In this document: positions 43,168 through 57,134 of the stretch, in pieces
Layout of the letters: each line of letters opens with the position of its first letter
Numbering within the stretch: position 1 is the first letter of the stretch
From: Octopus sinensis
Lineage: Eukaryota
Reading direction: 5' to 3'
Length of the DNA stretch: 64,000 bases
Assembly (NCBI RefSeq): GCF_006345805.1
Contig: NC_043004.1
Location: forward strand, 61,752,001-61,816,000
The notes under the pieces: generated by a model
What the model was told of the DNA's origin: nothing
The model's input: the letters and a program-made list of their open reading frames with translations, nothing else
The model's database searches: none
Made by a program: the position numbers and the translations under genes

Positions 43168-44220
43168 CTTTTTATTTTTCTTCTTTCAAATTTTCTTCCA
43201 TTTCTTGCCGAGTGTCTTCCCGACTCCTAGGGCAAAGAAACTCATAGTGTATATTGGTAGGCATTAAACCAAACTCAGTAGTTCATTCATTTTTTTTTTT
43301 TTTTTTAAAGTTAAATTAAAATACATGAGCAGCAACAGTTCTCACATCGACAATGCTCTTCTCAATACGTGTGATGTACCAGTTAAGACAATCTTTTGCA
43401 CTTCTTGCAGGGATGGTAAGCCAGGGATCATTCTCATATAATTTTCGGTTCCCTTCTTGATCATTCCTAGTGCTCCTACGATCACTGGTATTGTAACCGC
43501 CTTGAGATGCCACATTTTCTCAATTTCAATGAGTAGGTCTTTATATTTTGTGAGCTTGTCAAACTCGTTCGCTGAGATATTATGATCACAGGGGATGCTC
43601 ATGTCGATCAATAAGCAAACTTTATTGTTTTGGTCTTTCACAACAATATCTGGTTTATTGGCCTTGATGGTTCGGTCTGTATGTACTGGAAAGTCCCACA
43701 GAATGGTTACATTTTCTCCTTCAGTTACAGCCTCAGGGTGGTGATTATACCACTTGTCGGCAGTTTTGATATTGTAATGCCGACTTATTAGCCAGTGGAG
43801 ATATTGGCCAACTCTGTCATATCTTAATTTATACTCCACTGGTGCTAAAACTTTACATCCAGAGATTAGGTGGTCCACTGTTTCAATCATGTCGTTGCAG
43901 AATCGGCATTTTGTGTCTACTCCATTTTTCATCACATTGGCCTGGTAGTTCCGGGTTAATAGGCTTTGGTCTTGAGCAGCCAGGATGAAACCTTCGCTCT
44001 CTGCTTTTAGCCCTGAGCTCCGCAGCCACTGATGGGTTTGCTTCTGGTCAACATCAGCTTGTTTGCTGCGGGTCACATATTTGCCGTGCAGAGGTTTCTC
44101 CTCCCACCTATCAGCCAATTGCTCGTGCGCTTTTTTCATTGCCATCATTTTCACCTTCTTTGCAACAATAGTTGCCGTACTTCCCTCGGGTTGTTCAGTT
44201 TGGGTATCCTGTTTGGGTAT
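43168..44220 (-). mobile_element. Dong/R4-clade LINE 3' part with open CCHC plus RLE frame (43342-44220)
   Basis: WEEKPLHGKY..WLRSSGLKAESEGFILAAQDQ..CRFC..HLISGC..KPDIVV..IDMSIP..KYKDL..VIVGALG. Flanked by (TAA)n. Confidence 0.93.
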
Positions 44221-44228
44221 AATTATTA

Positions 44229-44286
<58 letters not shown>

Positions 44287-44312
44287 CATCCTCATCATCA
44301 TCATTATCATCA

Positions 44313-44351
<39 letters not shown>

Positions 44352-44357
44352 GTATTA

Positions 44358-44391
<34 letters not shown>

Positions 44392-45664
44392 CAGTATATA
44401 AGCGATTCTTTTGAATTTTATTTTGTGGGGATGAAAGATATTTTCTGAAATTATTGCACAAGTGAACTGAACGCGGAATAAATTATTGTGTCCTAAGATT
44501 GTTTACCTCACACCCACATTTCACAGTCTGATAGCTATGATTGAATATCTTTTATTACATCGATTTTCCTATGAGTATGCTCTGTAATCATCGGTAGCCT
44601 TTACGTTCCGAGTCAAAATATTAAATCGATTTATTCTATTCTTTGTTCGCATTTATGCTCTCGCTTTATTACTCTTCCAGTTCTTTCGGCTCCTTGCCCT
44701 TAAAAACTATATCGTAAAAGACTGAGGTTTTCCTTTCTCTGTCTCTATCACTTCACGTAAGTTTCCATAATAAATTCTCAGTGGGTTGCCTGGATACATC
44801 AAATCGTGTCTAGCTTGAATCTTCTACACTAAACAAGAATAATACCCATTCTGTTTATTTAATTTTCTTTTTTACGAACACTTAAAAAAATCATTTGTTC
44901 GCAATCACTTTCTATATATATTGTAACGTGCAGGTATATATAGCCCTGTTATAATCATATGTTACGAAGCTTTTGAATATATTTTATTTACTGTGCAATG
45001 TTTAGGGAACACATGTATGATAACCCGTTGCTTTCCAGTGTTTGTTTTATGTTATGCATGCATCTGTACTGATATTGATTACAAATGTTGTCAATAAATA
45101 TAGCCTAAATAGTATTATACTACTCTCTTTGATATACAAGATAACAGTATGTCTATTGAATGCAGCTACTCTAATAGATGAAGTGACATCAGTTGCAATA
45201 ATATCGAAAACCGAAAATGAGTTAGGCAAACTCTAGTTTTGATTTTGTCTTACTCATAGGAAAAAAAAGCGACAAAAGATTCATTTATTTTTCGAACACA
45301 ATAGCATGAAGGAACCAAAGATACAGAGGTTCCCTCAGAAACCGTAGTCTTTTAAGCAGAGGCGAAAGTGTATAGTGTTTTTTTTATATTTTTATCAATG
45401 CATTGAATACCATTAAAAAATACAGGTTTCATACAATTAATGGCTTATATGAATATATAAACACGACAACGTATCGTATCATAGCATTCACTATTGTGTA
45501 TACGAATTTTAGCATACAGGAATAAAAATAATTTCTGTGTTAGATATGCATAAGTCTCTATAATTGCGACGTTATGTAACCGTTATTCAATTAACATATA
45601 GAATTGCAGTTATTTTCTTTTTATTATAGTCCTATTACTATTAAGATCATAGTGTTTGTATTTT

Positions 45665-45879
45665 AGGCGGCATGCTCTTAGAATCATTCCAGCATCAGTC
45701 AAAATGACTAACAGTATTTTTCCAGCTCATTACGTTGGGAGTTCAAATCCCACGGGCGAAAACCATTGCCTTTTATAATCAGGTTCGAGAAAAAAAAGGT
45801 ATTACTCAAGCATAGTGTCTGATGTAATTGGCATAGTATTCTCTTCAAATTTGCTTTACGTGTGCCAGTAAAGAAAGCT

Positions 45880-45958
<79 letters not shown>

Positions 45959-46140
45959 CACTACTTCTACTACTAATAATACTACTGAGGTGGAAAACTG
46001 GCAGAATTGTTTGCGCGTCGGGGAAATATACTTAAGAGCATTTCATCTGTCTTAATGTTCTGAGTTCACATTCCTCCGAGGCTACACCGCATTTCATCTA
46101 TTTAGTGCCGGTAAAATACGTACCAGTTAAACACTAGGGC
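45665..46140 (+). mobile_element. Two degenerate SINE copies separated by (CTA)n
   Basis: GGCGGC..TTACGTTGGGAGTTCAAATCC and TGGCAGAAT..GTTCTGAGTTCA..TTTCATC..GTACCAGTT. Confidence 0.55.
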
Positions 46141-47169
46141 CATAACTAGGTCATAATAATATTGCTATATTTTTTACTTCCCTGCGAATATTTTGTCAAA
46201 GCCGTAATAAATCTGCTCATCTAACTGAAAGAAGTAAGTTACATTTATTATTTCAAATACGGACACAAGGTAAATTTTTCTATGGTCTACAAGCATAAAG
46301 GTTATACTATATGATCATTGAATTTTGCAATCGGTTTACATTCATATATAATCTAATGCTATGGCATACATCAATGCATTGAACATGAGAATACATTAGT
46401 AATGCTACAAGATAAAAAAAAGTACAAAATAAAGAATTAACATGGTTGACTGCAAAATCAAGAATATCCCTTGCTAACAATTTCTGTCGTTGTTCAATTT
46501 AGACACGAGCCTAATGCTGATAATAAATTTAATGATATGCGTTTGGGGGAATTTAGCATGGATACGACTCTCTTCAGGAACCTACAATCGCACATGACAT
46601 ATTAAAAAAAAGCTGTTAGATCCTGTTACATATATGTTAGCGAAATTTATTCTAAGAGCTTTTAGGATCAAATCTAAACTAAAGCAACATCAAAAACAGT
46701 GATACATGGAAATATTCGTAATGTGGGTGATGCCAAGTACACAAGTGAGTTCGCAAGTAGAACCGGCGTCCTCATTACCGATAGAGGATTCTTAATTACA
46801 GGAGCAACAAAACCGGTGTAGAAAAGGAGAGCCAATCACAGAAGTGATAAGTACTTCGTCATTACAGCACCATTCTTTCGAAATTTTACGAAGGGTGCTA
46901 GGGAAATGTCAATGGTAAAAACAAGATTTCTTGGCAGAAAAGGTAAAAAAATTTCGGACGAAATAAAACAAGGATTGAACGATTAAGCACAAGAATAAAA
47001 ATGTGTGGCTTAATACACCTCAGACGGAAAAGTAACTCACTAGCTGGCGGATTCTATGTGTATATAAACAGACGATCAGGAAACTACAATTGGCCCTTAA
47101 TATGAAGGAAGTACAATTTACAGTCAACAGCATACGTAACATTCTGATTTAAAAATATATATGCAATAT

Positions 47170-47744
47170 CATCATCATCATTGTTCGACCGTGGTCGAGA
47201 CAATGGATTTTAACATGCTGCGCCAGACTTCACGGTCCATCATGGCATTACAGAGGTCCTGTTGCTGGATGCCTGTATCCCTGGAGATTACATCAGGGTA
47301 GGAGAGCGTGCGTCCTATGGTGTTGCGAGTAGATGGCTTCCAGAGGAGAAGAGTAGAAATTACCTCTTTTTCAGCTCTACAACAATGTCCAGCAACTGGA
47401 CTCTCCTACCTTTCACAAGAGCTGACACAGGTGGTAGTTTCCCATATATTTGCGTTTTGGTTGGATGGCGCTTCCACGAGAGATTTGGAGCTCTCATAAG
47501 GAGGCGAGTGTAGGTTCCATTCAACCACCTCTCAAGCTTCTTTGATAACGTCCAGGTTTCTGAGCCATATAGTAGAATTGGTTCGACTGTGGCTTTGAAG
47601 ATTTCAAGTTTGAAGTCTCTACTTTAATTTGATGACCAGATCTTATACATGTCATAACAGGCTGACAAGGTCATACCCTTTCTAGTTAGAAAGTCTTTTC
47701 CAGATGATGATATGTATGACCCAAGATATTTGTAAACAGAAACC
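47170..47744 (-). mobile_element. 5'-truncated RTE-clade LINE with 13-bp TSD
   Basis: KYLGSYIS..IFKATVEPILLYGSETWTL..MMDREVWR and a (GAT)n tail. TSD ATATATGCAATAT at 47157-47169 and 47745-47757. Confidence 0.92.
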
Positions 47745-49227
47745 ATATATGCAATATACACGAGCCTTGTCAAAGTGAAGTCGGAACCAAAAATGAAATG
47801 CAAAATACAGAGTAGTAGGTAAATATCATATACACTTCACAATGCATTATATTTCCACTATAATACTAATGCTACTTTACGTAAATTTTGAACTTCACAA
47901 ACCGAAACAACTCTCCATTCAAACGATCGGAGGGTGTCATCATTGTTGTAGAGTACCGTGTCAAATGAAGTTTAGGTTATCTTAATTTGAATATAAATAG
48001 CATGTTTTACTTATGGTGCATTTCATGATACTCGTTTATTTAGTTTTGTGTAAACATTGTGTTTCTGCTATTCATAATTTTGTTTATTATACAATGTCTT
48101 CAGCCTCGTCCATCAATTTTGTATAATCTTTCCGTCCCAAACATTAATTTTCTACATACTTTCTAGGCCTTGTTATTATTTCATTTCAGAGAAGCATGAA
48201 ATATCTCATTGCTACGTTTGAAGAATACTAATTGGAACATGTGGAAAAGGATTATAAAGTCGACACGTAGATCAGAATCTCATCGCCCATACATTGTCCA
48301 CGCCTTCTGCGCAAACCACATTCCCTATACCCGTAATTTCTCTCAATAAAGAAATATTACGGTGTAATTTCATTCCTGTGTGTACTTCTTATCTTAAGCT
48401 TTGGAATTACAGTTCATGAAGAGTTAAAATTAATCACCACTATTCCGCAGATGTTAGCGCATGTTTCATGGTCATGTGCACAATTCCTTCATCCAAAGTA
48501 AGGGAATAAAATTTAGAACCGAGTTTAAGTTTACCGATTGCTATTTTTGCGTTAAATAAATATCGATGTTCACTATATTTGGTGACAGAGTTAAGAATAA
48601 ATAACATTTCCTGGAGAGTTGAACCGATTGCCATTCAAATCATCTACTCAATACAAACCTCCTGCACTAAATAGTATCACGTACTGTTACTTGGAAACAA
48701 ACTCCTTCCTTAGCTATGCTATACTAAAATTCGGATCGTATATACACTAAATAATTCGGAGAACCATCTGAGCCATTCAATTACCTCGCTAAAAGAAGGA
48801 TTGCGGTTAAATATTGTGCATCGGCTACTGGAAACTTCGAATACCAGCTTCGTTTGGAAATAGCAACAAATTTGAGAAAGTCTAACAAAATATATTTGGC
48901 TAGAATTAGCGAAAAAGGGTCTGATTTGTGTGTGAGTGTGCGGCGGAAGAGTAGATACTAACAGCGGAAGGAGAAGAAAGTCTCAACTCTCAGGGGTTTA
49001 ATATTCAAATATGGTTGATACATTTGCTAATGAATCGTATCTGTATATCATTCGCGATATTGGAAGTGATGTAATTACGCAGTTCTTTTACAGCGATCAA
49101 TATTACGAAGAGAACTTCAACTTAAAGTAGTTAAAAAATCGGGGAGTAGTATTTGCATACCTTAGAGTTATTCATCAAAGTTAAATACAATAAAGAGAAG
49201 TATTTTCAATATCTTCATTTAAAGTTA

Positions 49228-49627
49228 GGCGGCGAGCTGGCAGAAACCTTAGCAAGCTGGGCGAAATGCTTAGCAGTGTTTCGTCTGCCGTTACGTTCTG
49301 AGTTCAAATTCCTCCGTGGTCGACTTTGCCTTTCATCCTTTCGGGGTCGATTAAATAAGTACCATTTACGAACTGGGGTCGATATAATCGACTTAATCCT
49401 TCTGTCTATCTTTGTTTGTCCCCTCTGTGCTTAGTCTCTTATGGGTAGTAAAGAAATAGCTATTTCGTTTGTCTTTACGTTCTGCGTTCCCAATTCTGCC
49501 AAGGTCGGCTTTGCCTTTCATCCTTTCGAGGTCGATACATCAAGTACCAGTTGCGTACTGAGAGTTGATCTAATCAACTATCCCCACCACTCATAAAATT
49601 TAGGGCCTTGCACCTAGAGTAGAAAAT
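49228..49627 (+). mobile_element. tRNA-derived SINE dimer
   Basis: GGCGGCGAGCTGGCAGAAAC head, the central domain twice, and a 3' end CCTAGAGTAGAAA. Confidence 0.85.
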
Positions 49628-50387
49628 AATATCTGTATTTACAATACTTTCCGATCGATTCGATGATCAATGTTTATCAAGCTGCCCATTCCCGAAAGCG
49701 TATATTGTACACGTAGTGAGCGTCGGAAAACCGGTGCAGATGAAATATTGTTAATGTATTTTCGTTTAAGGTTTTCACATACGTTATTCTTGATCGTAAT
49801 AGTTCAGCCTTTATTTTGAGAGACTGACAGCCTACGTGTGAGTTGGTGGATGGCGGTGGAGTTGAGGACTATGCGCTGGTAGCAATATCATATGTTAAAT
49901 ATAATGTTTATGAATGCAATATAAACCAAATCGTGTTTCACTTTCTATGGAGTGGCGCTTCGCGGATCTAATGGGAATTCACGTCTAGTATAATACATCA
50001 ACCCGTTTCATGAAACATGAGATAATTAGTCAATTAACGCAACACCATAACATATTTCATTTATTTTATAAATCCCTGAATAGCATCGAAAAGCAAGGAG
50101 AGCAGTAAATATAACACAAGATAATTTGTCTGCTGATCTATTGATAATGCCAAAATATACACATGAGTGTAAAGTTGTGCAGTTAAAATTGTGCAATCAA
50201 AAATGTTTTGATTCGTAACAGAAAAATACAAAGGTAATTTCATTATTCCTTTCATACTGCAGCATGAAAGGTTACAAAAATACATAAGATGAGAGGGATA
50301 AAGTAATGTTTTATATATAACGTTTTTAATGCTTTATTTACGTTTATTATCATCAACATATTTTTGTTATTATTATTATTATTATTA

Positions 50388-50443
<56 letters not shown>

Positions 50444-50507
50444 GTTGTTGTTTTTGTTGTTGTTGTTCATGTTGTTGTTGTTGTTGTTGTTGTTGTAGTT
50501 GTTGTTC

Positions 50508-50935
50508 TTGATATTTTTAATTTGCATGTTTTCTGCAGTCACTTGCCGAGACACACCTAGCGTCCTGGGGCGAGTGAAGAATAAGCGATGTTACAGTATG
50601 ACTGAAAGCTTGGGGAGGGAAAATATATTCATGTAATACAACACAGAAATTTAAATGGATAGGGTTTTTCTAAATATGTGGGCAATAACTATCAGAACAA
50701 CGTTTTGGATTTCTCTGAGACATGACACTCGTGGGGTTTTATCTAGATGTTTATGACTTCCCTTTTCTATCATACCTAGGACACTTACAATAACAGGAAC
50801 ATTTCTTGTTTTAAGATGCCTCTTCTTTTCTATTTCAAATTCCATTTCCTTATATTTACTTAGTTTGTCAAAGCCCTTGGCCTATATGCTTTTATCAGTG
50901 GGAACAGTTACATCTATAACTAGGTTGATTGCATT
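50508..50935 (-). mobile_element. Degenerate Dong/R4 3' end next to (TAA/CAA)n
   Basis: IDVTVP..KLSKYKEMEFEIEK..VPVIVSVLGMI..EIQNVVLI.IAHIFRKTLSI*. Confidence 0.8.
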
Positions 50936-51019
50936 TGGAATGCCTAGCTTTCGGAAGAACGAAGAAAATCATTATCAGTTAAATACAGTGTTCTAAAACG
51001 TTCTTGTTACTCATGGACG

Positions 51020-51200
51020 AATTTGGCTAACAAGAGGGTTTCTTGAAGCTGGGCCAACTTACAGGAGACCTAGAGGTACACCACGATTGAGATGACTGGA
51101 TAATATCAAAAATTTCAAACTGGTCGTGCTTGGAAATCCTTTCAGAAATTCGATGAAGGTAGCTTCTGATAGGATTCTATGAATTGAGAGCCAAGAAAAT
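51020..51200 (+). mobile_element. RTE-type 3' remnant
   Basis: RRPRGTPRLR*LDNI resembles RPRGRPRxRWxD. Confidence 0.45.
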
Positions 51201-51560
51201 GGACAGATGTATAAAATTATTTAACTGTTGGTAGTCTTTGTAGATTCTCTACGCTGTCATATAATGCTACCCATACATTTTCCTGCCAATTGTTCACCAG
51301 ACATTTTCTCCTGTAATTTTCAATTAATTTCTTTTTTAAATTACTTCTCCATCTCGAGCCTTTATTTCAACTTTCTTGTTATTTTTCTCAATATCTTCAG
51401 AAATGTAAAACAATGTATTCTAATGTCCAAGTTTCTTAAGTATTTCTCATTGGTCTATTCACATATTTTCCGTGTCATATTTACAACAACCTACAGTACA
51501 CAGGTTTTATATTATCGTTAATGCTGTTGCAATTATTTCTTTTTGTTGTATCTTTTGCAG

Positions 51561-51757
51561 GAAGGGAATTAGAAATAAAACATGACCTGGAAATCATCAA
51601 CCATGACACATCTTATAATATTATGGAACACAGTTTCCAGATGCTGTTCAAATGATTTAGAAGTTACGATCCAGCGAAACGTACACTTCGAACATTAACA
51701 TAAGCTCTTGAAGAAACTGAGTATTTCCCTGCACTTGAATGTTTATCATCAGACTAA
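51561..51757 (+). pseudogene. Death-domain-encoding terminal exon with two in-frame stops
   Basis: Strong acceptor TTTTGTTGTATCTTTTGCAG. Translation GRELEIKHDLEIINHDTSYNIMEHSFQMLFK*FRSYDPAKRTLRTLT*ALEETEYFPALECLSSD* fits the death-fold pattern GR.L...I..D....E...QML.KW.....T...L..AL. Confidence 0.65.
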
Positions 51758-52518
51758 AGGTCACTGTTGTTTAGCCCCGAGTGTACCTTCACTAACCAGA
51801 GGCCTATGATCAAATAGGCCTTTGTTCAGGACCATCCTGTTTATTTTTCTCAAGTATGGACAACCCGGAACCACATTGTCTACAGTAGATGCGGAACTAA
51901 TTAACAAACTGATACGGATCATTATTTTGTTTATAAACAACTAGATGTGTAAATGCACCAGGGAGCCAGATAGATGATGCGTATATGCATGTACTCACCA
52001 TGAAAGACACCGAGAATTCATGCCATAAATACTTATTTATCCTTGATTAGCCTTAAAAAAAAGTGTTCTTCTCTAATATTGTTATGAAAGAAAATAAAAC
52101 GAGTAAAACTTATAAAGTGCTCACTACTCGACAATTACAGTAATGTTACCACTGTGAGATAACGGGTATAAAATTACCAGAATAAATTGTAATATATTGT
52201 AAAACAGTAGACTGTATTTTGATTATCGATGTCTAATATACAATCCATGCCAACACGTCCTCGTATAATTTGTATTGTTGGAAATATTTGACGTATTGGC
52301 AAGGTGACACGAAATAAATAATAGTACAACAAACAGGTTGTCCTTTTTCTCGTAGTTATTTTCCTAACAATTTAACATTATTTGCATCTGAGATGGAACA
52401 TTTTTATTTCAATTGTGCAAGAAGAGTTAATTATTTGTAAATTATATTTCTCGCCGAAACCTTTGGTTACATTGGTAAGTATCATCCTCTAGTGAGCCCT
52501 CTTTTTATTACTAAACTG

Positions 52519-53016
52519 ATATTTTTTTTACCTGCGATCGTGTGTATAGAACTAAATCTAAGACTTCTGGAATCGAAACTGTTCCTGAAATTATTCTTCA
52601 AATCCTAAATATTACTTACGAGCATGACTGCAAAACTAAAGTTTATCAACAGGCTCAAGAGGACCTAAATTTTCCTTTACAAATCGTAAACGGTACTCAC
52701 ATTCATCCTGATTCGCTGAAGGCAAGCGGAAGCAAATTTTGAAATAGTCAATTAATATATCTTTGCATATTTTTTTTACCTGCGATCGTGTGTATAGAAC
52801 TAAATCTAAGACTTCTGGAATCGAAACTGTTCCTGAAATTATTCTTCAAATCCTAAATATTACTTACGAGCATGACTGCAAAACTAAAGTTTATCAACAG
52901 GCTCAAGAGACCTAATTTTCCTTTACAAATCGTAACGGTACTCACATTCATTTACTGATTCGCTGAAGGCAAGCGGAAGCAAATTTGAAATAGTCAAATT
53001 ATATATCTTTGCATAT
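52519..53016. repeat. Tandem duplication, 248-bp unit x2
   Basis: CCTGCGATCGTG at 52531 and 52779. The copies differ mainly by small indels in the second half. Confidence 0.95.
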
Positions 53017-53840
53017 ACTCGAAGCTAAATCGCAATATTTACTACCATTGTCATTTTCGACAGTAGGATTCAAATTCAAATCGAAACTGTACATATAATA
53101 CATAGTATCTAGAAGTAAAATTACAGTAGGTCAAACAATAAATGACAATCATCCAGAAAAATGTGCCTAATACTATAACTCAATAATATACTACTAATGA
53201 GTTTTAAGCCGAAAAACTTCGATAGGATTCTCAAGTGTGCATTATTCAATGATATTGAAAATCTCTTGTAAGTCAACATTTATGTGTTTTCGTAAAAAGC
53301 GCAAAACAGGATATTCATTAGGGTGAATAGTCTGAGGGAACATGTATGCATCTTACTGTATATAATACTCGAGCCAATGATTTCCGACTTTTGTGGTAGG
53401 ACTCAATTGTGTATTATTAAGATTTCGTGGTCTTTGAAACTGGCGAAAAAAAATTGAATAGCCAGCCTTAGGGCAGATTATAATTTTTCAGTAATATCTA
53501 CATTTAGAAATTAGCTGACTTGGTAATGTTAGATGAATTTTTACGAATGTGCTGTAGGAAATATTTGTCAGAAGAAACCAAATCTTAAATCCATAATATG
53601 AGCGTATTAGTGTCAACAATTTTCATGGTCGCAGTCAAAGTTTTGTATTTGGCATGTTCACCACACCACTATATAAAGTGTCACCTTTTTCAACCTAGGA
53701 CACGCAGGCAAAGAAGGTCATTTAAATTGTTTACTTCTAAATTTATATTTTTTTATATATATTTTATATTTATGTGGTTATTTCTTTAGACAAAATAAGA
53801 CACATTTTACTTACCAAGACCCTATATTCACTCAGATAGA

Positions 53841-53885
<45 letters not shown>

Positions 53886-54229
53886 ATTATATATATATAT
53901 ATATATTATATATTATTATATAGAAGGAGCTTCTACAGGACTAGAACTGTTTCATTCAAGAGAAATCTTCAGGAAGCTAGTTAACAAGAATTGTATTGGG
54001 CATTTATACATTAGGCAAGGTTTAAAGGGGTGTTGTGGGGGACTTTTTTGGGGTAGGCATAGCGCAAAATATCATACTTGGGGGAGTGGTCAAGGAGTCA
54101 GTGTTAAATTAGATAGAAGAATAAATAAAAAATAAAAAAATAAAAAATAAAAAATAAAAAAATAAAAAAAATAAAAAAATATAAAAAAGGGGAATAGAGT
54201 TTTAGGTAAATAAGGAGATTCTCACTTAT

Positions 54230-54915
54230 ACCTATGCATATATGTATACATATATACACACGCATACAAACCTATATACATATACATACACACATACATA
54301 CACACACATATATATACATATATATACACTTATATACACACACAAATATACAACACAAATCCCACCACACACATGCCACACACAAGCACACTATTCCATA
54401 TATACATCATATATACACATACACACATATATACACACACATACATATACATGCATATATATATAATAATATATAAATATATATTATATATACACATGTT
54501 ACCTATACTACCATACACCCCCATAACACACAATATATACATATACAAATACAGACCCATTCCCTAATTTTAATTTTATTATCTTTCGTTTATTACTTCT
54601 GTATCTTTGCCGCTTGGTCACAAACATCTTGGCTATGACAGCCAGTCCATTTATCTGTCTACTGGAAAACAAGCACTCATTCACTCACGCACACTCTTTA
54701 GCACGTACACTCACTCATTCGTACACTCATACACATACACGCACGCACGCGTTATATTCATACATACATACATCTACATACATTCACGTATATACACATA
54801 CGTACGCGTACCTACAGATTCATGTCTACACTCTTAGAAGGCTAGTCTATACATATACACCAATAAATATAAATACACACACATACACGTACACCTACAT
54901 ACAAATACATATATG

Positions 54916-54946
<31 letters not shown>

Positions 54947-55578
54947 TCACATATATATACACACATATATATATATATATATACATATATACATACACAT
55001 AGATACACACATACACACATATACATATATATACACACATACGCATACATACATATACACACATACACATACATACGTATACATACATACATACATCCAT
55101 ACATCCATACATACATACATTTATACACATACACACACCCACATACATACATATATACGCGCATATATATAATATATATATACATATATATATTCATACA
55201 CACACAACTATACATACATACATATACAAATATACGCACACACATACATACATACTCATATACACATACACGCACATACACATGTACATGCGTACCCATA
55301 CACACACACACACACGCGCGCGGCATCCATATATACACATAAGTACACACATGCGTAAAAGTATACATATATCTATGCTTACCCATACACCACACACCAA
55401 CGCGCCTCCCTTATATTCATACTTACATGCATACTCAAAAAATAAGTAAATAGTAAATATATATCGTGCAGTTATTCCTACATGCATACTCAAAAAATAA
55501 ATAATAAATATTAAGTATATGTACGTGCATTACCTATTATATAGACGGTACATACATATAACTTACACACCATATATA

Positions 55579-55619
<41 letters not shown>

Positions 55620-56473
55620 TACATACATATATACACATATATATACATATACACATATACATATATTATTATACACACACACACCACACATATAATATTA
55701 TATAAACATACTTACACACATGTACAAATAATACACACATAGATAACTCTACGTACCTACATATACATAAACACACGAGCGTACGCGTATATGTACATAT
55801 ACACATACACATACACACGCATATATATACATACATACATACACATACACACATATATACACACACACACATATACACATATATATATATACACATATAT
55901 ATACACATATATATACACATACATATATATATATATATACATATACATACATATATACACATACACACACATATACATGTGTGCAAACATACATACATAC
56001 TCATACAAGCACACACACTTACATTTACATATATACACACACTTACTAACATATATACATACACATATACATATACATACATACATACATACATATATGC
56101 ATACATACACAACACATATATATATATACATACATACACATACACATACCTATACATATATATACACACATATATACACATGCACATACTTATATCTCTA
56201 CATACTCGCATATACATATATATATATATATATATACATATACACACACATACATATACCCATATACATGTATATATACACATATATATATATACACATC
56301 TACAATTTGTATCTACACTCACATACATGCACATACACATAACTCTACATACCTACATATACATCGACATACTCGCGTACACTCATATATACACATATAT
56401 ACACATACACACACACATACATATACATATACATATATATATATATAAATATATACATATATAATACACATAT

Positions 56474-56536
<63 letters not shown>

Positions 56537-57080
56537 TACGTATATATATATATACATATATACATACATACATACACATATACATACATGTACACATATA
56601 TATACACACACATATATATACACACACATACATATATCAACAATTGAGGGTAAAGTTTATTAGTTATTAATCAATTTCACCAAGTATTCAGTATGTAAAA
56701 GAACCATTATTTTTTTGAGTAAACAATGTCTGAGGGAAAATATTCTCTAAGTAGTGGAAGAGGCTAAAAAACTTTTTTGGCTGCTATTTCTAGAAAGTTC
56801 AGTATGTGGCAAAGTAATTTATTTTACTAAGCCCTAATTATATAATATTTTATACATACATACACATACATACACACATACATATACACATACATATGCA
56901 TACACACATATATACATCTATACATACATACATATATACATATATACACACACACACACACGCACCTACATATATATATATATTTTTTTTTTTACATACA
57001 TACACACACACACATAATAAATGCATGGTATATTTCCTACTAACCCATACATTTCTATACATATATACGATACACATATC
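54230..57080. repeat. About 2.8 kb of degenerate (CA/TA/CATA)n low-complexity sequence
   Basis: Direct inspection. Many other pure (TA)n, (CA)n and (ATT)n tracts occur through the window, e.g. 3886-3933, 5485-5555, 17697-17822, 33656-33812. Confidence 0.95.
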
Positions 57081-57134
57081 ACAAGCGGGTGCTAAGGGAA
57101 CGGTTGGATTGGGGGGGGTTTAGGTGGGGTGTCA

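Noticed and set aside
44221-44361. Hydrophobic poly-Ile N-terminus of the 339-aa ORF as a membrane anchor
   Set aside because: It is the (TAA)n target array read in frame with a truncated Dong ORF.
53185-53230. Hammerhead-like CTAATGAG...AAAAAC
   Set aside because: Both core boxes are mutated and the stems are not convincing.
54234-57123. Numerous long YI/HT/VC-rich ORFs here and throughout the ORF track
   Set aside because: They are translations of (TA)n/(CA)n microsatellites, which lack stop codons. Not genes.
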